Positions 19,708 through 33,732 of a stretch of 64,000 bases of DNA are shown piece after piece. The notes beneath the pieces were generated by a model. It was not told the DNA's origin and searched no databases. It was given only the letters and a program-made list of their open reading frames with translations. This DNA is from a virus (taxonomy: Duplodnaviria; Caudoviricetes): positions 32,001-96,000 of IMG/VR virus record IMGVR_UViG_3300050336_000170. One strand, written 5' to 3'. Made by a program: the position numbers and the translations under genes. Within the stretch, counting starts at the first letter, position 1. Each line of letters opens with the position of its first letter.

Positions 19708-22700
19708 GCACCCTCCTTTCTGTAACCTAATATATACCTTTTTTGTTACATTGTTAATAGTTTCCTTAAATTATTGTCCAGATATTTGACGATCAAATTC
19801 CGTTTTTATTGCCTATTTACTTCATAACATATGTGATATATATTTCTTTTCAGCATATGTCAAATTTTCAAATAGTGGTCTGTATTTTTCATCTAATCTT
19901 ATAATTTTTTCAATTTGTTCATCTACTTGTGATACAACTTCATTTTTATAAGAATCATCGAAATATTTTGACATAAGTAGACATTCTCTCCTATCCTTAA
20001 TATCGTAAACATTTCTATATTCATTCCCATTAAATACTATTTCACGTACCATATCTTTTACGTCTTTTTTCGTATTATGAAAATGTCTTGAAAAATTTTC
20101 TACGTGATCTATATTTCCACCAGCATAATATTTTGAATAAAATTCTTTACCACATGAATCACATTTCATTGTAACACTCATAACCTTTTCTCCATTCAAA
20201 TCAAACATTTATCGTTATTTAAACTGAATAATATCATCATACACTTTCTTATCATATGTTATAAATTCTACATCTCGCTTACCTAGTGCCGTAAACCATA
20301 CGTGAAACCCCTCTGGTGCATCTATATGATACTGCATTTGCCAGATACGATAATTATTGTCAATCAATTTTTGTTTAATTTCATACCATTCTGCTACTGA
20401 TTTAAGGTCTTTCAGTAATACCACCACTTCCAAAATTGTTTTCTTTAAGACTATTGTACTTGTGGGCATTTGTTTTTTCAATATCAAGTTGAAAATTCTA
20501 CTTGCACACAAAAAGCGAAGTTTGTGAAGTTGTAGATAGTATACTGCTACACATTTATTACGTCAACCCGTTTTATTGGACAGTGATTTTTAATCGCTAA
20601 TTATCTGTATATCGTTTATGATTTTTTCACTAAATCCAACATCTTTTAAAAATTCTTTGAATTTATCTAGTAATATAGGCATTGTGCATTGTTGATTGTC
20701 ATCGATTATTGAGAATAACTTTTCATATTTAGCACCATTGTTGAGTTCACCTTTGAAATAAAAACATACTGTATACATTTTATCACACTCCTAGCAATAC
20801 AAATGCTTTTATCATTTGTAATAATTTTAAATGTTCAGGTTTTTCATCTCGCATTAACTCAGAATTAATTTGCATTTCCAAATCAACAAGTTCTTCAAGA
20901 TCATCAATGCATAACTTCAATTTATCTCTTGCATTATACTTTAATTCATCAATTTTACATGATGATGATAATATCGGAACGTAAAACATTTATATTCTCC
21001 TATATCATTAAGTATCTTTCTTCTCGATAATAAGCAATATCCTTGTAGAATTGTCTATCTGCTTTAGATTCACTATATTGACTGCAAGGATAAAAATAAG
21101 CACAACCATCATAAACATCTCGCCAATATTCTGTTACAATACCGTCTGGTGTAGTATGTTTAACCTTTGTCATATTCTTGACCTAGCCTCCATTACAATT
21201 TGTCTTGCTCTTCCCTCAGAGCATTTCATAGTCTTAGCCAATCCTGCTATTTTACGGTCTTCACTATAATAGCTTTTATCTAAATAACATATTGAACAGT
21301 ATTTGTTACCGTTTTCATCAATGTATTTTACTGTATGACCACATTTACATTTAACACCTTTTCTCATGCTAGGAGGAATAATGTCCATCATATCACCTTT
21401 CATATCTATTACTAATTTATTTTAATTGGCTTATACTCTATGTATACAAGCCTTTTGGCTTGTATTTCTAATACCCCTTTCTATATACTTTCTTGAGGTA
21501 TTTATAAAGTTTATTTACAAAGTGATAGACTGTATAGCCCATACACATATACGCAATAGCATTATATAAATCAAGCGAATTGAAGTATATATATCTTAAA
21601 AGTAATGTTACGTAAATCCAAACACTAAGAGATAGGATTCTCGCCTTTTTCATGAGTATCAACTCCAAAATATATTGTTTACTCTTTTATCATTCCCCAT
21701 TTCTTTTAAATAATTCACTCAATTTAGATTATCGCTTTCAATTAAATAGTAACTATAATGATCATCATCAAAAAACTTCATTATATCGTAACCTTTTTCT
21801 TGCAAGTTTGTTTTACTGTCACTTACATATACTTTATCAATATCTTGACCATTCTTTTGTAAATCTTCAATTACTGATTCATCAAAACCCCATTTTCGTA
21901 AAGTAACTTCAATATCTTCTTGTATAGAGTCAGTTAATTCAATAGTTGGCTCTGCTACAATATCTGCAAATTCATGTAATACTCCATACCCAAGCAATGC
22001 AGTTGCTATTAAACCTGCTGTTGTTATACACCCTGCAACTCGATAAGCTTTCAATTCCTCTCTAGGATTTGTGCATTGCCTCATTGTACCTAATGCAGAA
22101 CAACTTATTACTGTTTCTCCATTACCGTCTAATCCTCTTGATCTACATAACATACAACGTTTACATTCTGGTTTATCATAAAAAGAACATTTATATACAT
22201 AAACCATTACTATACACCTCTTAAATATTCATTCTAATTATACTGCCTTTTCTATCTTTAGTCTACCACAAACTTACAAAATATTCAATTGTGAGTGTCT
22301 ACACTTTTATTATACTTATCTTATGCAATTTTATGCGCTCGCTCTTCAAACCAATCTAGTAAATTCTCATATGCCTCTCCCTCTGTATCACCAGACACTA
22401 TAAAATTACCAAGACTATCATAGTATTCATAATGATCCATTACATGACGCAAAATATAATGCACTATATCACAGTTATATACACTCATACGGTTACTATC
22501 TCCTTTTCTTTTGTTTGATATGGTCTTACCTCTATAAATCTTAATCCATGCTGGTTACATTGATTCTCAGCCTTACAAGCGGCATTATAGATATCATAGC
22601 CATCTATCATAAAGTTATCATACCGGCCTGTACCATCCTGCCTACAAGCAGAATAATAAAACAACAATCCATTTTTAATTAACTGATTTATATTTATAAT

Positions 22701-25340
22701 ATTATTCATACGTATTATCCTTCCCGTAAATTTTTCAATGCTTCATTACAAATGCTAACAATTACGTCTTCTGCTTCTTGTGTCGTGATATTATCACTAT
22801 ACATTAACTCAAATTTGGCTGCTTCACGTGGTGTCATAAGATAAATAGCTATCCCATTGTAATATGTCTTTCTCATAATATATACTCCTTTTATTGTTAT
22901 CATTATATATTGTTTTATTATTTTGTCTTTAGTATATATTATGTTTTAGCTATGTATATGTGACTATTCTCTCTTAATACTTTTTATTATTTTAATCATA
23001 TCATTTTTATTGCCACAGGTTTGTAATACTCTAAACAATTGCATTGGTTTAATGTTTACCGGATATTCACTATTTATAATATTTTCTTTTGTTAAAAGCA
23101 TAATCAATCTCCTTCCAACAAGATAAAATATCTTTTCTATTTACTTTCTCTTCTTTTTTTGAGATCATATAGATGAGCCTTAAATGGTACTAATTCTTCT
23201 TCAGACGCTAATCTTATATTAATGTCAATTCCATTTGTCAAATCAATTTCAAGTTTTCCAATATCGTATCGTTCTCCATTTTCAGTATAATAAGAACTCA
23301 TACATGTGCCACTTTCCCAATAAAAATCTCTACCAATATATAGTATATTCTTTGTTATTATTTTATTTCCTTTCTCAATAAAACTGTTTTTCTATTGGGT
23401 TACTCCAAGAAAAGAACATAATTCATCATGAAATACATTCCCAGAATAATCATCCATACCCATTTCTCCTTTTGTAAAACGAAATTCTAATGCATCTAAT
23501 CTCGTCTCTTCAGGTTCCCATTGACCTTCAAGACCATAGCATGAACAATGTGATCCATTTACTTCATATAGCTTTCCGTCTTGCTCAAATAATACAAAAG
23601 CATCTCCTGAATAATTATCAGTGCCATATGCGGCAAATAGAACATTAATGTTGTCATATTTTTTAATTGCTTCAGTCATTTGTTTTTTCTTTTTGATCCA
23701 ATACGATTCATTTGTAAACGGTGCTTTATCTGCAAAATACTCTTCTTCTGTTAAATAGATATCTTCAAAATCACCAATCATATCTATTTTTGAATTCCAG
23801 TTATGTAAATATACTGACTCTTGATTAATAATTTCATTTAATGTTTTCATTCAATAACCTCCACAATATTTTTATTCATAATTAATATACTATCACAATC
23901 CCAACCATATAAGGCATAATATAACGAGTTTTCCCATTCGCTATTATCTTCACTTATGTGAATTTCAATTGCATCAACACCAGAAGCCAATATGCTTTCA
24001 AAATCAAGCCAATATTTATTTATTGAATCAAACCCAACAAGACTTTTATTTCTCGGCAACCCGCGCAAATCATCAACACTTCTTAAATGCAATACATTGG
24101 CATTATCTGAAAGTTTAAACTTAAAACTACATTCATCTTTACATTCTCCAAATTCTTCTGACTTACACCAATCTTTCCACCCATATTCCGCATCGATTGA
24201 TGAAGCCCATAATCCACCTCTTGGTTTTACAAAAGGTTTGTTTTCTATTTTATTAAACAAGGATTCATCAAAATGTGTATGCCCATAATGTATGTATTCC
24301 AAATTAATCACGCTCCCGCTTTAATTTTACCATAATTGTCAACCAAACTATTCTTTGGTTGTGTTATTAAATCGATCTTCACTGAATTGATATTGTTCAC
24401 AGTCATAAAGTTCATGTTTAATGTTTCTCTTATCACACTCTTGCATACAATTAGCGCAACAACAACAAACTAATTTGTTTTGGTAACGAATTGTCATTGT
24501 AATTTCTCCTTGTTTAATTCTAATATTCTTTCACATATTTTTCTTATACCAGTGTTATAACCACTGTCCCATTCATCGACTAACTTCTGTTCTTCTAATG
24601 TTAGTTCATCACGCCATTCCTGCGTCCATTCATCATTGGTTTCATCTGACCAATATTCATACATTTCATCTTCTCTTTGAGTTGAAATCATTTTAATTCA
24701 CCTTATTTAACCATTCTTGAAATTCATATCTATCAGGTTCAAATGCTCTATCTATATCTCTTTGTGATGCAACCATTTCATAACAACCAAATTGATTATA
24801 TTGAACATACAATTTTTCATCGATTTTTAAAAAACTTGATCCACAATCAGTTATAAATCTATCAGACAAACAACTATTACAAACGGATATGCCGTAACAA
24901 CTTGAACTAAATCCATTATCTTCGGATAGTCTAATGTTTTTATCGTTTGATGTTTCTGTGTTGCATATTTTACAATTATACATTTTATAATTCTCCTTAC
25001 CAAATTTAGCTTTTATCTGTTATTACACTTTTTAATAATTTGTTAATAAGTTTTCTAGTTTCTTTCTTATTAACTATCTTATCTATATGATCAATGGTTT
25101 TGTATCCTTTACTAAATTCCCATTCAAAATCTTCATTTGACATTGCTCTAATATCTCCTGTTTCATCTTCATTCCAAACGACATATTTGTTTAGATCAAA
25201 CATTGATAAAAAACATTGCTCTGACATTAATTCTGGTTTCGATTCAATTGTTTGTGCTAAAATTTTGTGTATGACTATCGCTATAGAACAACCAAGTATT
25301 GTAATAATAATCATTTTTTATATAACCTCCAATACTTTAT

Positions 25341-25892
25341 TTAATTAATATCTTCGGTAATTGATAATGCAGTTTTGCTTATCCACACTGGCACATCACG
25401 CTTAGTCCACTTAAATAAATGCTGTTTATCGCCTTTGTAGTAGTTTCTGTATGCTGTTACAGCATCCCTGTCATAATATTGTATTGGCATTGCTTGAACG
25501 AATGGTGTTAAGCCGATAGATGGTAAACTAATATCAATACGTCCATCAATAAATTTAAAATAGCTGCCATGATCCTGCGTGTGACCGCCTCTGTATTTCC
25601 ACTCATCGTTAAGAGTTTCTAACATTGAAAATAGATAATCATAATTCTGTTGTGATTCTCTTACCCACTTATTGCAAGGATGATTAACATGTGTCGGCTT
25701 TATAGTTGGTGTGCATTTTGAATATAGTGTTTTAAACTTTTCAATATCTCTTACCGTAACTATATATCCTGTCTGTATATAGATTGCGGTTGATAACATC
25801 TGAGCATATTCACTTATCATTTTATTAACGTGTTTATCCGTATAATATTGAGCATTTTTATTTAAGTCATAATCAAGTACAAATATATTCAT
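25341..25892 (-). CDS. Pyrimidine-dimer DNA glycosylase / DenV-like family protein
   Basis: MNIFVLD...DKHVNKMISEYAQMLST...THVNHPCNKWVRES...AYRNYY. Confidence 0.75.
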   Translation of the reverse strand: MNIFVLDYDLNKNAQYYTDKHVNKMISEYAQMLSTAIYIQTGYIVTVRDIEKFKTLYSKCTPTIKPTHVNHPCNKWVRESQQNYDYLFSMLETLNDEWKYRGGHTQDHGSYFKFIDGRIDISLPSIGLTPFVQAMPIQYYDRDAVTAYRNYYKGDKQHLFKWTKRDVPVWISKTALSITEDIN

Positions 25893-28800
25893 GGCTTTGC
25901 TCTTGTTCCTGTATATCCGTACATATCACAGTATGTTGGTATGTTTAGATAAGCAATTTTAAATAGCCATTTTGGTACAGATATGAACTTCCCGAATAAT
26001 TCAACTTGATATATTTGTGCTTTCATTTTATTTCACCTTTCAATAAATGGATAAAAGAGTTATTTCATCTTGTTTTAATTTCGTTAATCCTATTGGGCAA
26101 ACATCCGCAGGATAATCATGTTTGTAACAAACCATAGGTCTTTCAGACTTATAATATATAGAACATAAATTTTTATCTGTTAAATATTGACATCTAACAC
26201 CTGCTCTTTTATTTATTTCTGGAATTTCAAATCTAATACAACAATCTCCGCAATGTAAACATTTCATAGTTTTTATCTACTCTGTACTGAATTATTAAAA
26301 ACTCTTTCAACACATCCAGCGGCATTTACTAAGTCCTCAAACCAACAATTAGCTTTTGAACTAAAACAAACATCATCATATTTATCTTCCGCTTTTAAAA
26401 TAATATCATGTACAATTGCTAAATGACTAGCTATACGTTCTGTGTCCTTTTTACTTAATTCTTTCATAATCTGTTCTCCTAATCTATTGACACACAATAA
26501 TGACCTGTCAACTCGTCAACTTCTTCGCTTCTTTCATCTTCTGCTGGATCATAATATCCAGTCATAACATCACTAAAATCCATTGATTCAAACAAATCTG
26601 CCAATACATTGATTGCATTTTCATCTTTAGAAAGTATTTCATAGCCTGTAGCGAAAAACTTTTTACCTTCTGTTGGGTGTTTAGGTAAAGTGTTGGTTAT
26701 TTCTGTCCATAAATTATTCATCATTTCTTTTATTTCCTTTCTTAATAAGTAGATGAAATAGTTGTTTGATCAGTCTTCAATATCTGTTATCACTGTTACA
26801 AGTTTCGGTACTAAATTTTCACACTCTTTGGAAAACATTTGTTTATACGCTCCGTTGCTTTCTCCCCCATTGTAAAGTTTCTCAATTTCTTCTAAGTTCT
26901 TAAAATGTTCACAGTTATTAAAATCATTGCTAAACCACGGATAACCACCGCTATATTTATCAATTCCAAAATACTTTCTTGTTATTTTATCCTGTAAAAC
27001 ATAATATCCTGTTATTGTTCTCAATGTTTATTTTCCTTTCTATATAGAATTATTACTCACAATAATTCCTCTCATCAAATAATAGATTTATCTGCTACCA
27101 CGCGCATACATTTTTGTTAATACAACAAAAGTTCCAAGGACTAATGCCGCTGTTAAACCAATTTGTAAAAGCAAAGTATTCCATGTCCAAATAAAAGCTA
27201 TAATAAATCCTAAAAATAATGTAAGTAATACCGCAAAAATTAATCCTATAACAAAAGTTGAAAAATCATCATTCATAAATGCACCACCAAATATCTGTTT
27301 TATAGACTATTCAAAATTAAACTGTTTAAGCAATTGACCTCTTGCCCATCGTTTCGCATATTCTCTTGCTATTATACTTGTATATTCATCTCTTGTTATA
27401 AGTCCTTTAATATAAGAGTCTGTTACTCTTTTAATAAATTCTTCCATTTTAATTCTCCTTACCAAATATGTATTTTATCAACCAATATTTTTTATTAATT
27501 CTAAATATTCATTTCTACTTAATATATCAACTGGTTTATCCCAATATTCAATTCTAACATTTCCATTATGTGAAAATCCGATAAGTTTTATTTTGTTATC
27601 GTTCATTAATTTGTTTGATAATATATCAACACTTTCAACTTTATTATTCAATCAGATTCAATCCTTTCATATTTCTCTGTGTTTTCAATCCATTTATATG
27701 CTTGATTATCAGTATCAAATAATGGCATATTCATATTTAATTCATATGGTTTTTCGCCAAAAAGACTTGTTTCAAAAGCATATTTCCCAATGCCAAGTAA
27801 GCGCAATCTTGCTGTTTGTATACATTTATCATCAACTGATCGTCTGTAAATGATATTATTCAAAATAATTCCTCCAAACCAAATGTGTTTTTCATTGTAC
27901 TATGATGAATCTTTGCATTTCTTCATTTAATTCAAAGTATTTAATTAGGTCATCCCATTTAACCCACGCAAGCGAAGAATTAGATATTTCATAAGATACA
28001 GCACCCCATATGTCATATGCTTTATCATGAATTCTATAAGTTTCTCCTGCCTTATAATGTGCGATAAAAAATGTACAATCTTTTTTACAAGTAATAAACC
28101 ATTCCCCAAAATATTTTGGATTGTTAATTCTGGTACCTTCATACTCTTGCTGTATAGCTTCCGAAAGATTATTACTATATTTCATTTCAAAATCTCCTTA
28201 GAATATCATGTTTACTCATATGAGATTGTATTATCACTAAAATTCAACACAATACCATTAGCTAGATGAAAATTCTGTTTATTCTTTTTGCAAACTGTAA
28301 GAGTATAAAGTAATTTTTTATACTTGTTCATTAATTTCCGTTTAATAAGATTCATTTTTAATTCTCCCTCTGCCTGTTAGGTCAACCAAATTTAGATTTT
28401 GTCTTGTTTAATTTTATTTAATCAACATTTTCGTTTAGGAAGAATAAACTATTACTCTTCCTTTTCTATATTACCAATCTGCATTTCAACATCCATTTTT
28501 ATGGAGTCAAGAATTAAAGTAAGCATTGTAATTCTTATTTGTTTAAATATATGTTTATACCAATCTTTACAATCAAACAATTCTTGAACATATTTTTCAT
28601 GATCTGGATATGTTTCATCTTGATATGGAGATAATGCAATTTCCCAATCTCCACCTAAATCATGTTCAATTTTTTCATCATCTCCATACCAAGAGTGTAA
28701 AACTACCTCTTTATTTCCATACCAGTTGCATTCTAATACATCTCCCAATTCAGATGTATAAACATAAATTCCGTCATCATCTTCATTTTCAAAATTGTAT

Positions 28801-29540
28801 TTGTTATTTAGTTCGTTAAAAACTTCTTCATAACAAATAAAACTATCATATTCTTCGCTGTATGCCAATCCTTGTTCATTGCTTAATATCTCTTTGCTGT
28901 TTTCATCCTCTGGCATAATATACATTAATTTTTTCATTGTTGTTTATCCTTTCTTAAATTAAACTGTTTTCTTTGCCCTGTTACTAATACACCAGATTAA
29001 AACATCTTTACTTACTTTTGCTTTGGCATCGTTGATATCATTTGCCACAATATAAACCATAAGCGATCTTAAATGTGCTGCTCTGTTATCCTTACCCTGT
29101 ATATAGTCCTCTGCCATGTCAACATCAATTGTTGCAAAATCAATATCTTTAAGTGATTCAAGAAAATTACCAATAGTAGCTTTGTATGTTGCCCACGATG
29201 CAGGATTGATTGATTTTTCAAAAGCGTCATAATATTTCTGATTGTTTTCATTAAGATTGAATGACTTTACATGACGCTCAATCATTGCAGTATATTTTTC
29301 TGTATGCTCAATATTAAACTTACGATCAAAATGCGTAGTATCAAGCTGAAGAGCGTTAATGTGTTCTCTGATTAACTTCCGTGTTGTGCCTACTGTAGCA
29401 TTAAAATCTAATGCTTTGCATACTCCATCAAGATTCTTACTGTTCTGTACTGCATTTATAAAGTTATCTTTATTGACTGTTCTGCGTCCGATAGATAATA
29501 ATTCATTCATGGTAATAACTCCTTTATATTATATATTATA

Positions 29541-29612
29541 CCGCCTTGGAACGGATCACACAATACCATAGTGTGAGGGCATTATGGGGAACTATTGCTC
29601 CCCATCCTCTGC
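29541..29612 (-). ncRNA. Twister self-cleaving ribozyme (type P5 permutation)
   Basis: GCA-GAGGA-UGGGGAGC[AAUA]GUUCCCCA-U/AA-UGC-CC-UCACAC..GUGUGA-U-CCG[UUCCAAGG]CGG; P1-P4 and both pseudoknots can form. Confidence 0.8.
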
Positions 29613-32029
29613 ATTAGTCTCTAGTACAAAATACTTTCCTGACAGAATAATGTCTAACTTTATTTCAGTATCGATATTGATATTTGTACCCAATTTCCAT
29701 ATTTCATCAATATCAATTTCATTTGTATGACAGCTTACTAATACTTTGTTTCCTTCCTGTAGTGCCTTGAATGCTTTATCAATTTTTACAGGCTTCAACC
29801 GTTCACCCCCTTACCCTATGTATCCTGTTTACATTACTATTATATGCTGATTGTTTTGTTTTGTCTAGTTTATTTTATTTAATTTGTATATAAAGTTTAA
29901 GCGGTTTTATTGGTTACTATGCTACCTGTTTGCTTAATAGCATTGCGAATATTAAATACAATGTCATATACTTTTTGACTTCCTGTACCATTTTTGCTTT
30001 TCCAATAACGATAACTTACACCACCGTATTCTGTTATGGTACATTCAGCCAATGTGTTTAGTATCCAACCTCTTGTGCGAATTGGAATATTTATATTATA
30101 TTTGTCTGCTAGTTTTACAATCAAATTACCTCCGTTAATTGTTCCACCATTTAATATGATATTTTCTGTTGATTTAATCATTTCATTCTCTTGTCTTGCC
30201 TGTTCGTCTGCTTCTATTTTCTTTTTCTTTTCACGTTCTTCTTTTTTAATGGCTTCTTCCTGCTGTTTAATTGCTTTAATTTTTGCACTAATTTCAACGC
30301 ATTTATCTAATTCTTTTAAGAAAGCTGCACCGTGAAAATCTGCAAACTTCCCATTGTTGTCTCTTGCATCAATATATTGTGCTATACAACGATCAATGCC
30401 TAATTTAAGAAATTCAGCCTGTAACTGTTCGTTATTACCGTGTTCAGAAATAAATGCTTCTTCTTTTGCTGTTTGTTCTTCTACTAATGGTTTATATTCC
30501 TCATAGTTTTTACCTTTATAAATGTCATGAAATATTTTCTCACGATTTTCAGAACCATGATAGAATTCTTGAATTAAATATTCATAATTACTTCTCTGTT
30601 TTAAATCATATTCTGTATAACCAAAAGACACAAGATAATCATTTGTTTCAATCATATAATAATACTTGTCATCATCATTTTTTGCGTATTCTTTATCGGG
30701 TTTTCCTGCACTAATCCACAACGGATAGTCTATACCGTCACAAGAAAGTGTTTTTACATATTTTGCCCTGATCCGTTTTCCATCGCGGTTAAACATACCA
30801 TTAATAAAAAGAGGCTTCATAAGTTTTGCATGTTCCTCTATTTCTTTTTCATCAGTATGAAACACTTCATTTTTTGTTTCTTCTGGTTTTGTATAACGTG
30901 GAGATAGTCCATATTTTTCTACAGCACTTTCAATCATTGCATGAAATTTTTCAATACCATAATTTTTAAATGCTTCTTCAAATTTATTAGTATCACATAC
31001 GCCCAAACCGCTTTTGCCTTCTGTTAGTTTCCCATCAATTTCAAATAAATCTAGTCCATATGAATTATGAAATATTTTTGCATTTTGTACTGGTTCAAAC
31101 TTATGCATCGTTTTACCGTTTTCATCTTTTCCAATGTTCTTTAATATGTAACAAACATTACTATGTTTCTGTTCAGTCATTTTAATATTACCTTCCTACT
31201 CCAATAAATAGTTTATGCTTGCCCCATTTTATAATTTTAAAATCTACCTTGTCTAATGTTTGTACTAAATCTTTTATATTCCGTCTAACTTCAGATATTG
31301 ACGGAGCAATGCAGCAATCAACTAAAATTTTAGGTAAGAATCTTTCATTTGTGAATACCGTCATGTCCTTTTCTGTTTGTTTCCAATCATCCATATCAAA
31401 AGCAAACAATACAGAGGGATGAACGAGTAAATCACCTATAACAACATTTTCTATATGCTTCATGTTAACCTCATTTTTCTATTAAATCATTAATTCCATT
31501 AAATATTTTCGACATAATTGATTGATACTTGATATTGGCTTTTTCTTTTGCTTCTTCCATAGTGCAAAGAATAAAGTCGGCTTGTAATTGATCATTAATG
31601 TAATATGAATAATAATATTTATCATCATAGTTTATGGCAGGAATAGAAATAGTAAAAGATATTGATTTAACAAAAGGTATATTGATTATCGCTTCATAAC
31701 CACTCAATTCTCCTTTAAAGTATTTTTCATACCAATTCAAGTTTTTGAAAATCATTTTGTGTTTACTCCTTATCAATATATTGTATTCTTTCGCTGTTTA
31801 TATACTACATCTTGACGCAAAATCACCATAAAATTGCCGTTTTATCGTGGTATCTTTATACAATCAGGATGACAACCATAATATTCTATTCCATATGCAA
31901 TTACATCATATCTCTCAAAATCTTCGTCATGATATCCTGCACGTTTACCAATTACTTCACCATAAATCCATTCACTTTCTTTGATTTTTGAATTATATAC
32001 TTCAATTAAACATTTCTGATACATTTTCA

Positions 32030-33664
32030 TTACGCTCCTAACTGTAATAATTGATTTGATTCAACTAGATAATACTGTTTATTATTCATAACTTTATTAT
32101 ACTCCTGCTGCCCCTCATAATCGTCTATAACCATTTTTTCTTCGCTGTTCATATCCTTATATGCTTTCTTGCCGTATGAAGGTGGAAGCCATCCTTTGCG
32201 CTGCGAGGCATACAAATTAAATTTTGCAAGTAATTCAAGATTAGTAAATTCAATATGTGCAGTTCCTTTTTGATAAAAACTGATATTAAAATATTTTAAT
32301 GGTATTTTCTTTGTATCTCCATAATCTTGCGCTAATTTTAATGAATCAACTAAATTTACATTTGCAGTTAATCCACCATCAAGATAATTGAAAACCTTTT
32401 CAATGTCTTCTAATTTTTCTCTAACCTTATACATATAATCAAGATATCCAGACCAACTATAACAACTTAATGGTATAATTACTTTTTTGTTTATCTTCCA
32501 TGCGCTGTTTGTCTTCCATCCATTATAATAGTGTATATTTGCGCTGTTATCTTTATCCCAATAATACTTATGTGAAAACTCATCAAACAGATTCAAAATA
32601 GTATCTTCTATACCCTGTACCATATTCTTAGACATTTCAAGCTTAATTGTATAAATATTAAACAACGAAAAATCATAGTCAACTAATTCGTTTATTCTGT
32701 TATAGTAATCCTGTCTTAAATTACCTGTTAGTTGTCCTGTAAATTCTTTGTTATCAAATAACGCTTTCCAGTACTTATGTCTAACACGTTTAATAAATGT
32801 GTTTATGCTTGGATAATCACCATCAGAGTTATGAGGATTATCAACCGTCAATTCAAGTATAGATTGTTTGCTAACATATTCGCCTTTATCATTTTTCTCA
32901 AAACTACGCAATATAACAGGCTTCATTGCGTTGAATTCATTTATTAGATTAATACCTGCTTTAATTTCTAATTTATATTGACCAACAATAGCCTTTATAA
33001 AATCATTATGCACAAGCGAATAATATTCGTCAGGCTGTTCAGCTTCAATAATTGGCTTTTCCTGTTTAAGCTGTTCATAAATATATGATGATTTTTCAGC
33101 TTCAGGAATGTGTATCTTAATCAATGCAATTTCAACATCTGTTTTACGTTCTGCATCATAAAAAGCATTCTGTATATATTCAATACTTGCATTATATTCA
33201 TCTAGTTTTTGTGTTAACTCTTTTCGTCTGTTACTGTATGGATTTTTCAGTGTTTCGGCATTGAGTAGACAAACAATGTTGCCTCCGCTTTTCTGCATTT
33301 CTAATGCCTTTAATAAATGTTGATCCCCATTTGAAAAAGGTGGATTCATCACGATTAAACTATATTGTTTATAAGTATCCAATGTTAAAAAATCATCATG
33401 TATAACTCTATATCCTTTGCCCTTTAAGATATGACGGAAATTTTCATTTATTTCTATACAGTCAATGTCTGGATTGTATTTTTTCCTATCATGACTATAA
33501 TTATTGTGTTTATAATCCATTTTATCCGCTACTATTTTGACCAGATGCCCCTCCCCCGCCGAAGGTTCAAGAACGCTAGATATATAATTAAAGTCTATAC
33601 CATCAACCATTTTGTTAATAATGTGTAATGGTGTCGGATAGTATTCTTCAGGTATGTTATGCAT
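32030..33664 (-). CDS. DUF4942-type SAM-dependent DNA methyltransferase
   Basis: YYPTP, VLEPSAGEG, MNPPF; C-terminal FYQKGTAHIEF. Confidence 0.85.
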   Translation of the reverse strand: MHNIPEEYYPTPLHIINKMVDGIDFNYISSVLEPSAGEGHLVKIVADKMDYKHNNYSHDRKKYNPDIDCIEINENFRHILKGKGYRVIHDDFLTLDTYKQYSLIVMNPPFSNGDQHLLKALEMQKSGGNIVCLLNAETLKNPYSNRRKELTQKLDEYNASIEYIQNAFYDAERKTDVEIALIKIHIPEAEKSSYIYEQLKQEKPIIEAEQPDEYYSLVHNDFIKAIVGQYKLEIKAGINLINEFNAMKPVILRSFEKNDKGEYVSKQSILELTVDNPHNSDGDYPSINTFIKRVRHKYWKALFDNKEFTGQLTGNLRQDYYNRINELVDYDFSLFNIYTIKLEMSKNMVQGIEDTILNLFDEFSHKYYWDKDNSANIHYYNGWKTNSAWKINKKVIIPLSCYSWSGYLDYMYKVREKLEDIEKVFNYLDGGLTANVNLVDSLKLAQDYGDTKKIPLKYFNISFYQKGTAHIEFTNLELLAKFNLYASQRKGWLPPSYGKKAYKDMNSEEKMVIDDYEGQQEYNKVMNNKQYYLVESNQLLQLGA

Positions 33665-33732
33665 ATTCTGTTTATTCCTTTCTGACGGTTTCTTGTTTAG
33701 CGTGATACCGTCAAATATCGCTTGCCTGTTTA

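Larger units (their letters stand above)
19822..31776 (-). other. Long run of short hypothetical phage CDSs
   Basis: Co-oriented ORFs with SD sequences; includes a YkgJ-like CxxCxxCC protein (26040..26267) and a 427-aa ORF (29897..31180). Confidence 0.65.

Noticed and set aside
28266-28283. Additional dyad copy
   Set aside because: Arm spacing is off by one; not counted (same for ~40003 and ~20562).
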